Source of the DNA: Candidatus Methylomirabilis limnetica
GTDB taxonomy: Bacteria; Methylomirabilota; Methylomirabilia; Methylomirabilales; Methylomirabilaceae
Direction of reading: 5' to 3'
NCBI RefSeq assembly: GCF_003044035.1
Contig: NZ_NVQC01000022.1
Coordinates: 60,001-92,000 of the forward strand
Length of the DNA: 32,000 nucleotides
Shown: positions 16,573 through 24,808 of the stretch, in pieces
How the letters are laid out: the number at the start of each line of letters is the position of its first letter
Numbering within the stretch: position 1 is the first letter of the stretch
Program-made: the position numbers and the translations under genes
Notes under the pieces: model-generated
Told to the model about the DNA's origin: nothing
What the model saw: only the letters and a program-made list of their open reading frames with translations
The model's database searches: none

Positions 16573-17207
16573 AACGACTTGGTAGATCGCGCCACCGAGG
16601 TCGACTACGTAGAGGTTGCCCGCTTCGTCTTCGCCGAAACTGGAGACGGTGTAAGGCGTGTCGATCAGTTGCGTTGTGACCCAGGTTCCGCTCACGTTTT
16701 GCATCGAAAACATGCGCCCGGTACAGTAATCGCTGTAGAAGTAGACACCGACCATGCTGGGATACGAAGCGCCGCGATACACGTATCCGCCCGTGATGGC
16801 GCAACCGAAGGAGTAACTCGATCCGTGGTTGTACTCGGCCACAGGCGGAACGTACGCGGCGGGCGGTGTACAGCCCGAGGAGGGGTGTAACAATGGCTGG
16901 CTTCGAGAACGTGCCAGCCGTAATTCGCACCGCCTGCGAAGCCCGCCGGTTGGAAGTCCACTTCCTCCCAGGCCTCCTGGCCAACATCGCCGATGTACAT
17001 GTCACCGGTGAGACGGTCGAACGAATAGCGCCAGGGATTGCGTACTCCGGAGGCCCAGATCTCGTCCCGGCCCGCCACGCCGACGAATGGATTGCTGGTC
17101 GGGAGTCGTGTACGTGGTGGGAGTGTCCGTCTCCGCGTCGATGCGCAGGATCTTGCCGAGCAGGATATTCAGATTCTGCGCGTTGTTGGGACCATCGCCT
17201 CCCCCCC
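16564..17207 (-). pseudogene. Frameshifted C-terminal half of the beta-propeller domain of the preceding protein
   Basis: The continuation is found in two other frames: 'GDGPNNAQNLNILLGKILRID', then 'LPTSNPFVGVAGRDEIWASGVRNPWRYSFD..GDVGQEAWEEV..NYGWHVLEASHCYTP', then 'SSGCTPP..PVAEYNHG..ITGGYVYRG..GNLYVVDLGGAIYQV'. This requires three frame changes, at C7 17201-17207, about 17100-17112, and G4 16882-16885. Confidence 0.7.
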
Positions 17208-20087
17208 GCCGCCGTCGCCGGAGCCAAAATATAGATGGCCATCCGGACTGAAAGCCAGCATCCCGCCGTTATGGTTGGTGTTGTCGCTGTGCGGAATGCT
17301 CAACACGATCTGCTCGCTGGTGGCGTCCGCCACATCGGGATTGCCGGTGAGACCAAAGCGCGAGATGGTCAACGCACCGGCGGAATCTGTGTAGAACACG
17401 TAGAAGTGATGCACTCTGGCATAGTTCGGCGGGAAGGCCAGGCTCAACAGGCCTCGTTCGCCTCCGCTATTGACTCGCCCGGTCATATTCAAGAACGGTG
17501 TCCCGTTCAGTGCGTTGTTCTTGTAGATGAGGATCGTCCCGCCTTGCTCTACGATGAACATGCGATTGCTTCCGTCACCCGCGTTCGTGACAAGGATCGG
17601 TAAACTGAACCCGCTGACCACCGGGGTCAATGAGATCGTCGGCCAGGTGACCGGGGGGATATTCACCTTCCCCCGCTTGATCTTGATCCGCATGTCCTTC
17701 TGAGCACTGGAGCCGCCGCTTGAGGCCACCCTCACCTGGAAGTTGAAGGTGCCGGCAGCCGTCGGTGTCCCCGAGATCTGTCCTGTTGCGGGATCGAGGG
17801 TGAGGCCGGGTGGGAGTGCCCCGCCGATGAGGCTGAAGGTAAGGGGCGCGATCCCCCCCGTGGTCTGCAGCGTGGCTGAGTACGGGGTCTCGACCTTGCC
17901 CTTACCCGGCTTGGTCTTGAACTTGACACCCTTGACGATCTGTAGAGAGAGATTCTTCGTCGCTAAGGCATATGTCGCATCCGTCACCTGGACGGTAAAG
18001 CTCGTGGTCTTGGCCTTGGTCGGGATCCCGCTGAGGGTGCCGTCCGAAGTAAGCGTGAGGCCCTGAGGCAGCTTATTCTTCCTGCTCCCGCCCAGGCTCC
18101 AGGTGTAAGGGGACGTTCCGTCTTCGGCCTGCAGCGCATACCCATAGGCGGCTCCCTGCTCTCCTGCGGGCAGGGAGGTAGTCGAGAGGATGAGAGGTCT
18201 AGTGAAGGTGGCCGCGCAGGTCTTGACCGCATCCAGAGTGACGGTCCCATCGGCCGCGCAGTCCCCACCCCAGCCGACGAAGGTGCTGCCAACGGTCGGC
18301 GTGGCAGTGAGGGTGACCGGCGTGCCGCTGGTAAAGCTCGCCGCGCAGGTGGAACCGCAGTTGATCCCCGACGGACTGCTGGTGACGGTACCGGCGCCGA
18401 TGCCCGCTTTGGGCACGGTGATGGTGTACGTGATTAGATTGAGGATGGTTGAGCAGGTCGCAGATGCTCCCCCATTTGATCCGATGCAACTCCACGACCA
18501 AGGGCCGCTCCCGCTGATCGAGGTCGGCGTCCCGGCACTACACAGGTTTGTGTTTGGCGCGGTTGGGAAGGTTCCACCGTCTGCTGCCCCACAGACCCCA
18601 TCTGTGAGCGGGGTGGTCCCTAGCCATTGAGACAGTGCTGCGTTGTAAGCTACAGCGAAACTGCCATAGAAAGCTGTGGCAGTAGGCGTTACGCAGGAAA
18701 AGGTTCCACCTGTTAACTGGCCGACCAGGTAGTGGTCGCTTCCGGATACGGCCCAAAGACCGGAACCGCTGCTGCCGCCCTCGATAGTGCCCTGGCTCCA
18801 GACAACCTGAAGATGGTCGACGCTGCCAGAGGTCGCTGGGATGCAGGCAAAGTAATCAGTGGAGGGCACGTCGTGGCAACTGTCGTAATCAGTGATGGTT
18901 CCAAAACTGATCTTTTGCAAATCGCCCTTCGGATTATGGAGGCCAACGATCGAGGTAGAGATCACCGGCAAATCTGTCGACCACCCTGACTTCCACGTCC
19001 CACCTGGGGCTGGGCTGTTCAGTCGCAAGAAGCTCGTATCGGTATTCGAACTGGCATAGAGCAGGGTGGCCCCGCTGGTCAAGGTCCGGGTGCCGGGACT
19101 CAACGTAGCGCTTCCGCAGCTTGAGGCACGATAAAACCAATAGGTTTGCAGGGTCGAGGCCACGGTTTGCGTCGAAAGACAATGGTCGGCGGTCAGAAAA
19201 TAGGGAATATCCGTGGAAGGATCGCTGTCACTCATCATGGTGCCCGTACACAACCAAGAACTACCGTCTTTCGTGTATATCATTCTGGCTGTCGCCAGGG
19301 ATTCGAGCTCCCATGTCGATGTGTAGCACATAGCATCGAGATTGCACGACCCGACAGCGCCAATTTGTTTTTGCAAGGCGCGGGTCTCCAGGGGCAATGA
19401 AAATAAATGGGAAACGCGCGGTATGGAAAACATCGCCTTATCTGGAGCTACTCCGGCAGGCAGTTCGATTTCCACCGTCATTTCCTGGCCGTCGATGACT
19501 GGCGACCAGTAAGTACGGGCTTCATCGCTTGTGTCGCCAGCGGCATGATTGCGGGCGAGGGTTTCCATGATCTCCTGGCCCGACACCTCGAACACCTGCT
19601 CCGCCCCCTGGGCATAAAACCGCAGTAGAGCCGTCATAGGCATCTGGTCAACCAACAAGCCCAGACGCATACCGAGGGCGTCAGGAGAAGTAAGGCTGAC
19701 TGCGGCAATCTGCCCGCCGGGAATGGACGTCCATGACAGTAGAGCCGAGGCGTGCGTCGCCTGACGCAGCATCGGCACCTCGCGGCTAAAGCCAATCTGG
19801 AGCGGCACCCCAGGTTTAGATAGCTGACCTGTCGCCTCCATCTTCAAGCGCGCAGCCTCGACCCGGTCGAGCACGACCCGCGCTGGCAGTTGAGATGGTG
19901 GCAGCCGCCGTTGCGGCAGCGCGTGCTCGGGACGGGCAGGTGTACCCTTGCCCTTGACGTATCCCCCAGGGTGGCCGTCACCCCCGACATCCTGGCCAGC
20001 GGCGGCCCCAGACGCCAGCGCGATCATCACGACCACGCCGCTGACCAACCACCGCACACCTGCCCAACTGCTTTGTCGGCTGCTCAA
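17169..20087 (-). CDS. Secreted multidomain protein with a truncated 3' end
   Basis: Domains in order:
- signal peptide;
- propeptide;
- lysyl-endopeptidase-like S1 protease;
- Cys-rich module;
- InlB-B-repeat-like module;
- three putative Ig (He_PIG-like) repeats;
- N-terminal half of a glucose/sorbosone-dehydrogenase-type beta-propeller.

Protease blocks: 'CTGT..YFLTADHC', 'DTSFLRL', 'HLQVVWSQGTIEGGSSGSGLW', 'VGQLTGGTFSC'.

Other blocks: 'GTVTSSPSGINCGSTC..GTPVTLTATP..GSTFVGWGGDC', repeats of the type 'LP.G..G..Y...L.A.GG..PYTWSL', and 'HNGGMLAFSPDGHLYFGSGDGGGG'.

The start is TTG 20087 and is uncertain. Confidence 0.8.
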   Translation of the reverse strand: MSSRQSSWAGVRWLVSGVVVMIALASGAAAGQDVGGDGHPGGYVKGKGTPARPEHALPQRRLPPSQLPARVVLDRVEAARLKMEATGQLSKPGVPLQIGFSREVPMLRQATHASALLSWTSIPGGQIAAVSLTSPDALGMRLGLLVDQMPMTALLRFYAQGAEQVFEVSGQEIMETLARNHAAGDTSDEARTYWSPVIDGQEMTVEIELPAGVAPDKAMFSIPRVSHLFSLPLETRALQKQIGAVGSCNLDAMCYTSTWELESLATARMIYTKDGSSWLCTGTMMSDSDPSTDIPYFLTADHCLSTQTVASTLQTYWFYRASSCGSATLSPGTRTLTSGATLLYASSNTDTSFLRLNSPAPGGTWKSGWSTDLPVISTSIVGLHNPKGDLQKISFGTITDYDSCHDVPSTDYFACIPATSGSVDHLQVVWSQGTIEGGSSGSGLWAVSGSDHYLVGQLTGGTFSCVTPTATAFYGSFAVAYNAALSQWLGTTPLTDGVCGAADGGTFPTAPNTNLCSAGTPTSISGSGPWSWSCIGSNGGASATCSTILNLITYTITVPKAGIGAGTVTSSPSGINCGSTCAASFTSGTPVTLTATPTVGSTFVGWGGDCAADGTVTLDAVKTCAATFTRPLILSTTSLPAGEQGAAYGYALQAEDGTSPYTWSLGGSRKNKLPQGLTLTSDGTLSGIPTKAKTTSFTVQVTDATYALATKNLSLQIVKGVKFKTKPGKGKVETPYSATLQTTGGIAPLTFSLIGGALPPGLTLDPATGQISGTPTAAGTFNFQVRVASSGGSSAQKDMRIKIKRGKVNIPPVTWPTISLTPVVSGFSLPILVTNAGDGSNRMFIVEQGGTILIYKNNALNGTPFLNMTGRVNSGGERGLLSLAFPPNYARVHHFYVFYTDSAGALTISRFGLTGNPDVADATSEQIVLSIPHSDNTNHNGGMLAFSPDGHLYFGSGDGGGGEAMVPTTRRI

Positions 20088-20488
20088 TGGAGGTACCTTG
20101 TCGCCTTCGTCGTCATCTTGGGGCGACCTCCTGCGCGCTTACGCGCCGATCGGCCATGCGTGACGCCCCCTTTTTCATGGTCCAGCTCACGACAACTACA
20201 GGACCCACGCTCCGCTGTACAGTCTCCCACCGTGTGCGGGGTGTCGTCAACTCCCCTTGGGTGATAGTACGCCGTCGGGCGCTCCTCGACCCGTCGCCAC
20301 TGTCCATACGCGGTCCATATATGCTTCAGTGGTGGTTCATGCATGGTTTGGTAGCGATTCTTTTGAGGACACACTCTTTTGCATGAGAAGGGTGGGAAAT
20401 GGAGATTGTATGCCCTGGCACCGCTCCGTTTGGCCCCTGCCCTGCCCGGTCTATGTGCTGCCGTCTGCATGATGCCCGTCCCGCGCAT
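20084..20488 (-). CDS. Hypothetical basic protein (possibly shorter, from Met 20347)
   Basis: Third-position GC is roughly 65-70% by hand count. Its stop TGA overlaps the TTG start of the large protein (TTGA). No SD and no recognisable motif. Confidence 0.25.
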   Translation of the reverse strand: MRGTGIMQTAAHRPGRAGAKRSGARAYNLHFPPFSCKRVCPQKNRYQTMHEPPLKHIWTAYGQWRRVEERPTAYYHPRGVDDTPHTVGDCTAERGSCSCRELDHEKGGVTHGRSARKRAGGRPKMTTKATRYLH

Positions 20489-20729
20489 CGGAATAAGCGA
20501 GAATGTTTATCGCCATCGCTCGTATAGTCTGATATCAGTTTAGATGCTAGTAGATGGTAGCAACGGAGCGCATTGTATCATACTCCATCGCTATGGTATA
20601 CTTCGCTTAATTCTGCGTAAATCCTGAGGAGGTGGCTCTTGGCGCGGGTTTGCTGGGCCTCGCTGGGGGGACTGCAAGCTCAGTGGGTATGCCCCGAAAG
20701 CCGACGTTTTTGCATTCCACCAGAATCAG

Positions 20730-21011
20730 ATGGACCCCTACACGCTGCTGCTGGAAGGTAGAGGTCACAAGACCAAACGCGTTGCGTGTTTTATCTACTA
20801 TCATCCGATCGAGGTGAAAGCGCACAGCCTCATTCAGTTCCAGGTCGACGTCCAGGAAGTTCCGACTGACCCGGCGGCAGCCGAAGCGCTAGTGAAAGAC
20901 GCCGTGGCGATCCTTCACGGCCCTGCCCCGGTTAGCTCATCCTCATGTGGGTTCTACCGATGGAACAGCGCAGTTCTGGCGTGGGAAGCGACCCCACGAC
21001 TCAACCAGTAA
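20730..21011 (+). CDS. Hypothetical protein, possibly the 3' remnant of a PD-(D/E)XK/Cas4-like gene
   Basis: 93-aa ORF. The frame is open upstream to 20628 without any start codon ('..GYAPKADVFAFHQNQ-MDPYTLLLEGRGHK'). The tail 'HGPAPVSSSSCGFYRWNSAV' looks like a decayed C-terminal Cys motif. No SD. Confidence 0.3.
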   Translation: MDPYTLLLEGRGHKTKRVACFIYYHPIEVKAHSLIQFQVDVQEVPTDPAAAEALVKDAVAILHGPAPVSSSSCGFYRWNSAVLAWEATPRLNQ

Positions 21012-21154
21012 GTCGCAGTGGGCGCGATGTACCGGCAATTTGAAATGCTCTGGCATGTAACTTATGCAGCGCCAGCACGCGAAAAGTCGGAGTGTCCTCG
21101 GTGTCGCTGCACTAGGAATTGGCTAGGCCGTATTTTGATTTTTCATGTCCGATC

Positions 21155-21838
21155 ATGCAAAAAGCCACGAACTATTTAGCAGGGCATCGGGGCCGGCTGC
21201 GGGCTCGCTACCGGCTCAATGGCGAGGAGGCGCTCGAAGATTACGAGCTGCTGGAGCTCCTCCTGACTTATGCTATTCCCAGGCACGACACCAAGCTGCT
21301 CGCCAAGAAGCTCCTGGAACGATTCGGGACGCTGGCCCGTGTCTTCGAGGCTGAGCCAGCAGCCCTGGAAGCAATAGACGGGATCGGGCCCCAGGCGGCC
21401 ACGCTGATTTCGCTGATTCGACCCCTCGCGGTGCGTTTTGTCACACAGGCCCCAAAGGCGAAAACGGTGCTCAGGTCCACCGCGGAGGCCGCCGCCTATT
21501 TTCAGGCCAAGCTGAAGGGGTTATCTGAAGAAGAGGTCCATGTCGCGTTCGTGAATTCGAAAAACGCGGTGATGACCACCGAGTGCCTGCAGCGCGGGAC
21601 CGTGGACCAATCGGTTGTGTACGTCAGGAAGGTAATCGAGCGTACCCTGGCGCATAAGGCCAGCGGCTTCCTTCTGGTCCATAATCATCCCAGCGGTGAC
21701 CCCACGCCATCTAGCGATGACAGAGATCTGACCCAGGCGTTGAAGACAGCCGCGGCGACCGTTGGTGTGCGCTTCCTCGACCACCTGGTCATCGGCGAGA
21801 CCGATCCCTTTAGTTTCAAGGCCAACGGGCTGCTGTAG
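21155..21838 (+). CDS. radC: RadC-family JAB/MPN-domain protein
   Basis: JAMM-type motif 'HNHPSGDPTPSSDD'. N-terminal 'LEDYELLELLLTY'. The start is taken at ATG 21155 ('MQKATNYL') rather than TTG 21119. Confidence 0.85.
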   Translation: MQKATNYLAGHRGRLRARYRLNGEEALEDYELLELLLTYAIPRHDTKLLAKKLLERFGTLARVFEAEPAALEAIDGIGPQAATLISLIRPLAVRFVTQAPKAKTVLRSTAEAAAYFQAKLKGLSEEEVHVAFVNSKNAVMTTECLQRGTVDQSVVYVRKVIERTLAHKASGFLLVHNHPSGDPTPSSDDRDLTQALKTAAATVGVRFLDHLVIGETDPFSFKANGLL

Positions 21839-21888
21839 CGGATGGATACGGAAAAATAGAGCTGAACACGCAGAGAATGGAGGGGACG

Positions 21889-22254
21889 ATGGCAAGGCTG
21901 TTAATTACAGCGACCTACGGTTACGACAACTCCACACGGGCGGCGATGCCGTTTTTTGTGGCGAAGGGGGCGAAGGAATCGGGGATCGATGTCGGCATCG
22001 TCCTTGCGCTTGATGCCACCGTCCTGGTCAAACCGGAATTACGGCAGTACGTGAAGCCCCACGGGCTACCTCCACTCGACGAGCTTTTCCAGTTCGCCGT
22101 GGACCATCAGATCCCAATCTACGTCTGAGGGGGGTGAGCCCAGGCTCGAGGGGTCTTGGACGAAGACCTCAAGCGTATGTCAGTCATCGAGAAGATCGAC
22201 ATCAAACGGTATGCCCAACTACTCATGGAGTATGACCGGTCGGTTACTTACTAA
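21889..22254 (+). CDS. DsrE/DsrF-like family protein with two in-frame TGA codons (candidate selenoprotein, residues 80 and 83)
   Basis: GGAGG lies 5 nt before ATG 21889. The frame reads '...DHQIPIYV-TGA-GG-TGA-AQARGVLDEDLKRMSVIEKIDIKRYAQLLMEYDRSVTY-TAA'. The total of 121 aa is the normal size for this family. The TGAs replace the expected Cys positions. The track shows only the 83-aa truncation (21877..22128). Confidence 0.6.
22150..22170 (+). promoter_or_regulatory. Candidate bacterial SECIS hairpin
   Basis: GGGGUCUU-GGACG-AAGACCUC gives an 8-bp stem (one G.U pair) and a 5-nt loop beginning GG. The stem starts 12 nt after the second TGA. The loop lies 20 and 29 nt from the two TGAs. Confidence 0.45.
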
Positions 22255-22260
22255 GTAGGA

Positions 22261-22346
22261 AGCTATTAGCTGTCAGCTATCAGCTCTTAGCTAGGATATT
22301 CTTAAGGGTACCAAAAAAGCTGATTACTGACGGCTGACGGCTATTC
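22261..22346. repeat. Intergenic heptamer arrays (AGCTNNN x5, then GCTGAYK-type x4), partly inverted
   Basis: 'agctatt agctgtc agctatc agctctt agctagg' (22261-22295), and 'gctgatt actgacg gctgacg gctattc' (22319-22346). The reverse complement of the right array (cgtcagc units) matches the left 'tgtcagc tatcagc'. Confidence 0.6.
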
Positions 22347-22363
22347 CAGAGGGAGACACAACG

Positions 22364-23332
22364 ATGCGCGCGATTCGCATGCACGAGTATGGCGGTCCTG
22401 AAGTACTTCGCTACGAGGAGGTGGCTCTCCCCGAGCCCGGCGTGGGCGAAGCGCGGGTCAAACTTGACGCGGTTGGGGTCAACTATATTGACATCTACCA
22501 ACGGAAAGGCCAATACCCTGACCAGTTGCCGGTGATCCCCGGCCGGGAGGCGGCCGGCGTGGTGGATGCGGTAGGCCCGGGCGTATCGGACCTTACACCG
22601 GGAGCCCGCGTCGTCTACGCCATGCATGTGGGCGCCTACGCGGAATATGCGGTGGTCCCGGTGCGGAGGCTGGTGCCGATTCCGGATGCATTGGAGGCAC
22701 GGGTGGCGGCGGCTGTGATGCTGCAGGGGCTGACCGCGCACTATCTGACCCACAGCGCCTACCCACTGCAGTTGGGCGACCGCGCGCTGATTCATGCGGC
22801 CGCTGGTGGCGTCGGCTTGCTCCTGGTCCAGATGGCCAAGCAACGGGGAGCCTGGGTTATCGGGACCGTCTCGACAGAGCAGAAGGCAGATCTGGCGAGA
22901 CAGGCCGGTGCTGATGAGGTGATCCTCTACACGCAGGTTGACTGTGAAACGGAAACCAAGCGCCTAACCAGTGGCCAAGGCGTACACGTGGTCTACGACT
23001 CGGTCGGGCAGACCACCTTCGACAAGAGCCTCAACTGCCTCGGACCTCGAGGGTACCTCGTGCTCTACGGCCAGTCCAGCGGGCCGGTACCGTCGCTGGA
23101 CCCCCAGGTGCTCAGCGCCAAGGGTTCACTGTATCTGACCCGTCCTAGCCTGATGCACTATACGCTCGACCGGGCAGAACTGCTGAAGCGGGCATCGGAT
23201 CTGTTCCACTGGATCATGGCCGGAGCGCTCACCGTGCGGATCGACACGACCTTCCCGCTTGCGGAGGCCCCGCTCGCCCATCGCTACCTTGAAGAGCGCA
23301 AGACCAAAGGGAAGGTCCTGCTGATCCCCTGA
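22364..23332 (+). CDS. qor: NADPH:quinone oxidoreductase (zeta-crystallin-like MDR)
   Basis: '[40 protein letters not shown]' and the cofactor motif '[15 protein letters not shown]'. 322 aa. Confidence 0.85.
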
Positions 23333-24450
23333 TGCGCGGCCTTCGACTTGGTCTGTCCTTACTCGTGTTGCTGACAGGATCGGTGTCTTGCGGCGGAGCA
23401 AACAGCACACAGGAGTTGCCGCTCCATCAGATCAGACTGCCGACAGGGTTTGAGATCGGCATCTATGCGAGTCCTGTCCCCAACGCCCGCTCAATGGTCC
23501 TCAGCCCAAACGGCACGCTGTTTGTTGGGACCCTCACGGCAGGGAATGTCTATGCTATCGTCGATCGCAACCAGGACGGCAAGGCGGATGAGGTCGTTAC
23601 GGTCGCGCGAGAACTCAACATGCCGAATGGCGTCGCTTTCCACAATGGCGCACTCTACGTGGCCGAAGTGGACCGTATTCTGAGGTACGACAATATCGAG
23701 ACCCACCTGAAAGACCCGCCTGAGCCTGTGGCGCTTAGTGAGCGCTTCCCCCGAGAGCGCCATCATGGCTGGAAGTTCATCCGCTTTGCCCCAGATGGGT
23801 GGCTGTACATCCCAGTAGGCGCCCCGTGTAATGTCTGTGAGCGCAAAGATGAGCGCTATGCCTCGATCATGAGGATGCAGTCGGACGGGGCCCAATTGGA
23901 GATTTTCGCGCGGGGCGTCCGCAATACGGTTGGGTTCGATTGGCATCCGAAGACGCGTGAGCTCTGGTTTACGGATAACGGGCGAGACTGGATGGGCGAC
24001 GATCTGCCGCCGGACGAGCTGAATCATGCGCCGCGTCCAGGGCTGCATTTTGGCTTTCCCTATTGTCATGGGCGAACTCTTCCCGATCCCGGGTTCGGGA
24101 AGGGGCGGAAGTGTGAGGAGTTCACCCCACCTGCAATAGAACTAGGGCCCCACGTGGCAGCGCTAGGCGTGCGCTTTTATACGGAAACGATGTTTCCAGA
24201 CGAGTTTCGAAATCACCTGTTCATTGCGGAACACGGATCGTGGAATCGGAGCGTGCCGATCGGGTATCGTGTGACCCTTGCACGACTTGAAAACCATCGC
24301 GCGCTCTCGTACAAAGTCTTTGCCGAAGGGTGGCTCCAAGGCGGTCACGCGTGGGGACGTCCTGTGGACCTGCTTGTCATGCCGGATGGCGCGATGCTGG
24401 TTTCGGATGATAAGGCAGATGTAATTTATCGTATCAGCTACAGGAAATAA
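23332..24450 (+). CDS. PQQ-dependent sugar (sorbosone/glucose) dehydrogenase-family beta-propeller protein, secreted
   Basis: Signal peptide 'LSLLVLLTGSVSCGG'. Family-typical blocks 'MPNGVAFHNGALYVAE', 'HGWKFIRFAPDGWLYIPVGAPCN', 'RGVRNTVGFDWHP.T.ELWFTDNGRD' and 'DELNH'. The ATG overlaps the qor stop (TGATG). Confidence 0.8.
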   Translation: MRGLRLGLSLLVLLTGSVSCGGANSTQELPLHQIRLPTGFEIGIYASPVPNARSMVLSPNGTLFVGTLTAGNVYAIVDRNQDGKADEVVTVARELNMPNGVAFHNGALYVAEVDRILRYDNIETHLKDPPEPVALSERFPRERHHGWKFIRFAPDGWLYIPVGAPCNVCERKDERYASIMRMQSDGAQLEIFARGVRNTVGFDWHPKTRELWFTDNGRDWMGDDLPPDELNHAPRPGLHFGFPYCHGRTLPDPGFGKGRKCEEFTPPAIELGPHVAALGVRFYTETMFPDEFRNHLFIAEHGSWNRSVPIGYRVTLARLENHRALSYKVFAEGWLQGGHAWGRPVDLLVMPDGAMLVSDDKADVIYRISYRK

Positions 24451-24452
24451 CG

Positions 24453-24607
24453 GTAACTACTCAGGTAGATAGGCTGAAGGCTGAAGGCTTTTAGGGGTAA
24501 GTCATGCGTGATCAAAGAAAACTCAGAAAAGGTCTTGAATGGCTCGATTCGTGCCTTGCGAGATAATTAGAACCTTCAGCCTTCAGTCTAAACACCTGAG
24601 TGGTTAC
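24453..24607. mobile_element. MITE (155 bp) with GTAACYACTCAGG terminal inverted repeats
   Basis: The left arm 'gtaactactcaggtagataggctgaaggctgaaggcttttag' (24453-24494) is mirrored by 'ttagaaccttcagccttcagtctaaacacctgagtggttac' (24567-24607). The 8-bp flanks are 'aaataacg' and 'aaataacc' (7 of 8 identical). The termini resemble those of the 6258/25638 MITE. Confidence 0.75.
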
Positions 24608-24808
24608 AAATAACCTATCTAATGGGTGAGCAGGAAAGGCTTGCAGGTATAGTATGGGTTACACGATTTGCAAATATTTGCGCGACAGGAAAGAGAATTC
24701 GTGGTAAAGATGGTAGCCTTTTGAGGAGCGGCGAAGGCGTGGCAATTGGGAAGGGGCGCCGATACGAGATCGCGAACATCGGCTTTGACCAAGGAAAGGA
24801 GAGAAAGG

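Noticed and set aside
16472-17242. 256-aa minus-strand ORF and several plus-strand ORFs over 16579-17394.
   Set aside because: They are off-frame relative to the recognisable beta-propeller fragments, have Arg/Pro-rich composition, and show no motifs.
22126-22137. The TGA codons as evidence for an alternative genetic code (TGA = Trp or Gly), or as simple pseudogenisation.
   Set aside because: TGA cleanly terminates many well-delimited genes in this window, so the standard code applies. Random decay would not be expected to hit exactly both Cys-equivalent codons while leaving the downstream frame and motif intact. Pseudogenisation remains the fallback if no Sec machinery exists.
22280-22843. 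187-aa minus-strand ORF.
   Set aside because: It is antisense to the well-supported quinone oxidoreductase gene. It has His/Arg-rich composition typical of antisense frames in GC-rich DNA.
24504-24566. 20-codon ORF 'MRDQRKLRKGLEWLDSCLAR' inside the 24453-24607 MITE.
   Set aside because: It is too short, has no SD, and lies between the MITE arms. It is probably incidental.
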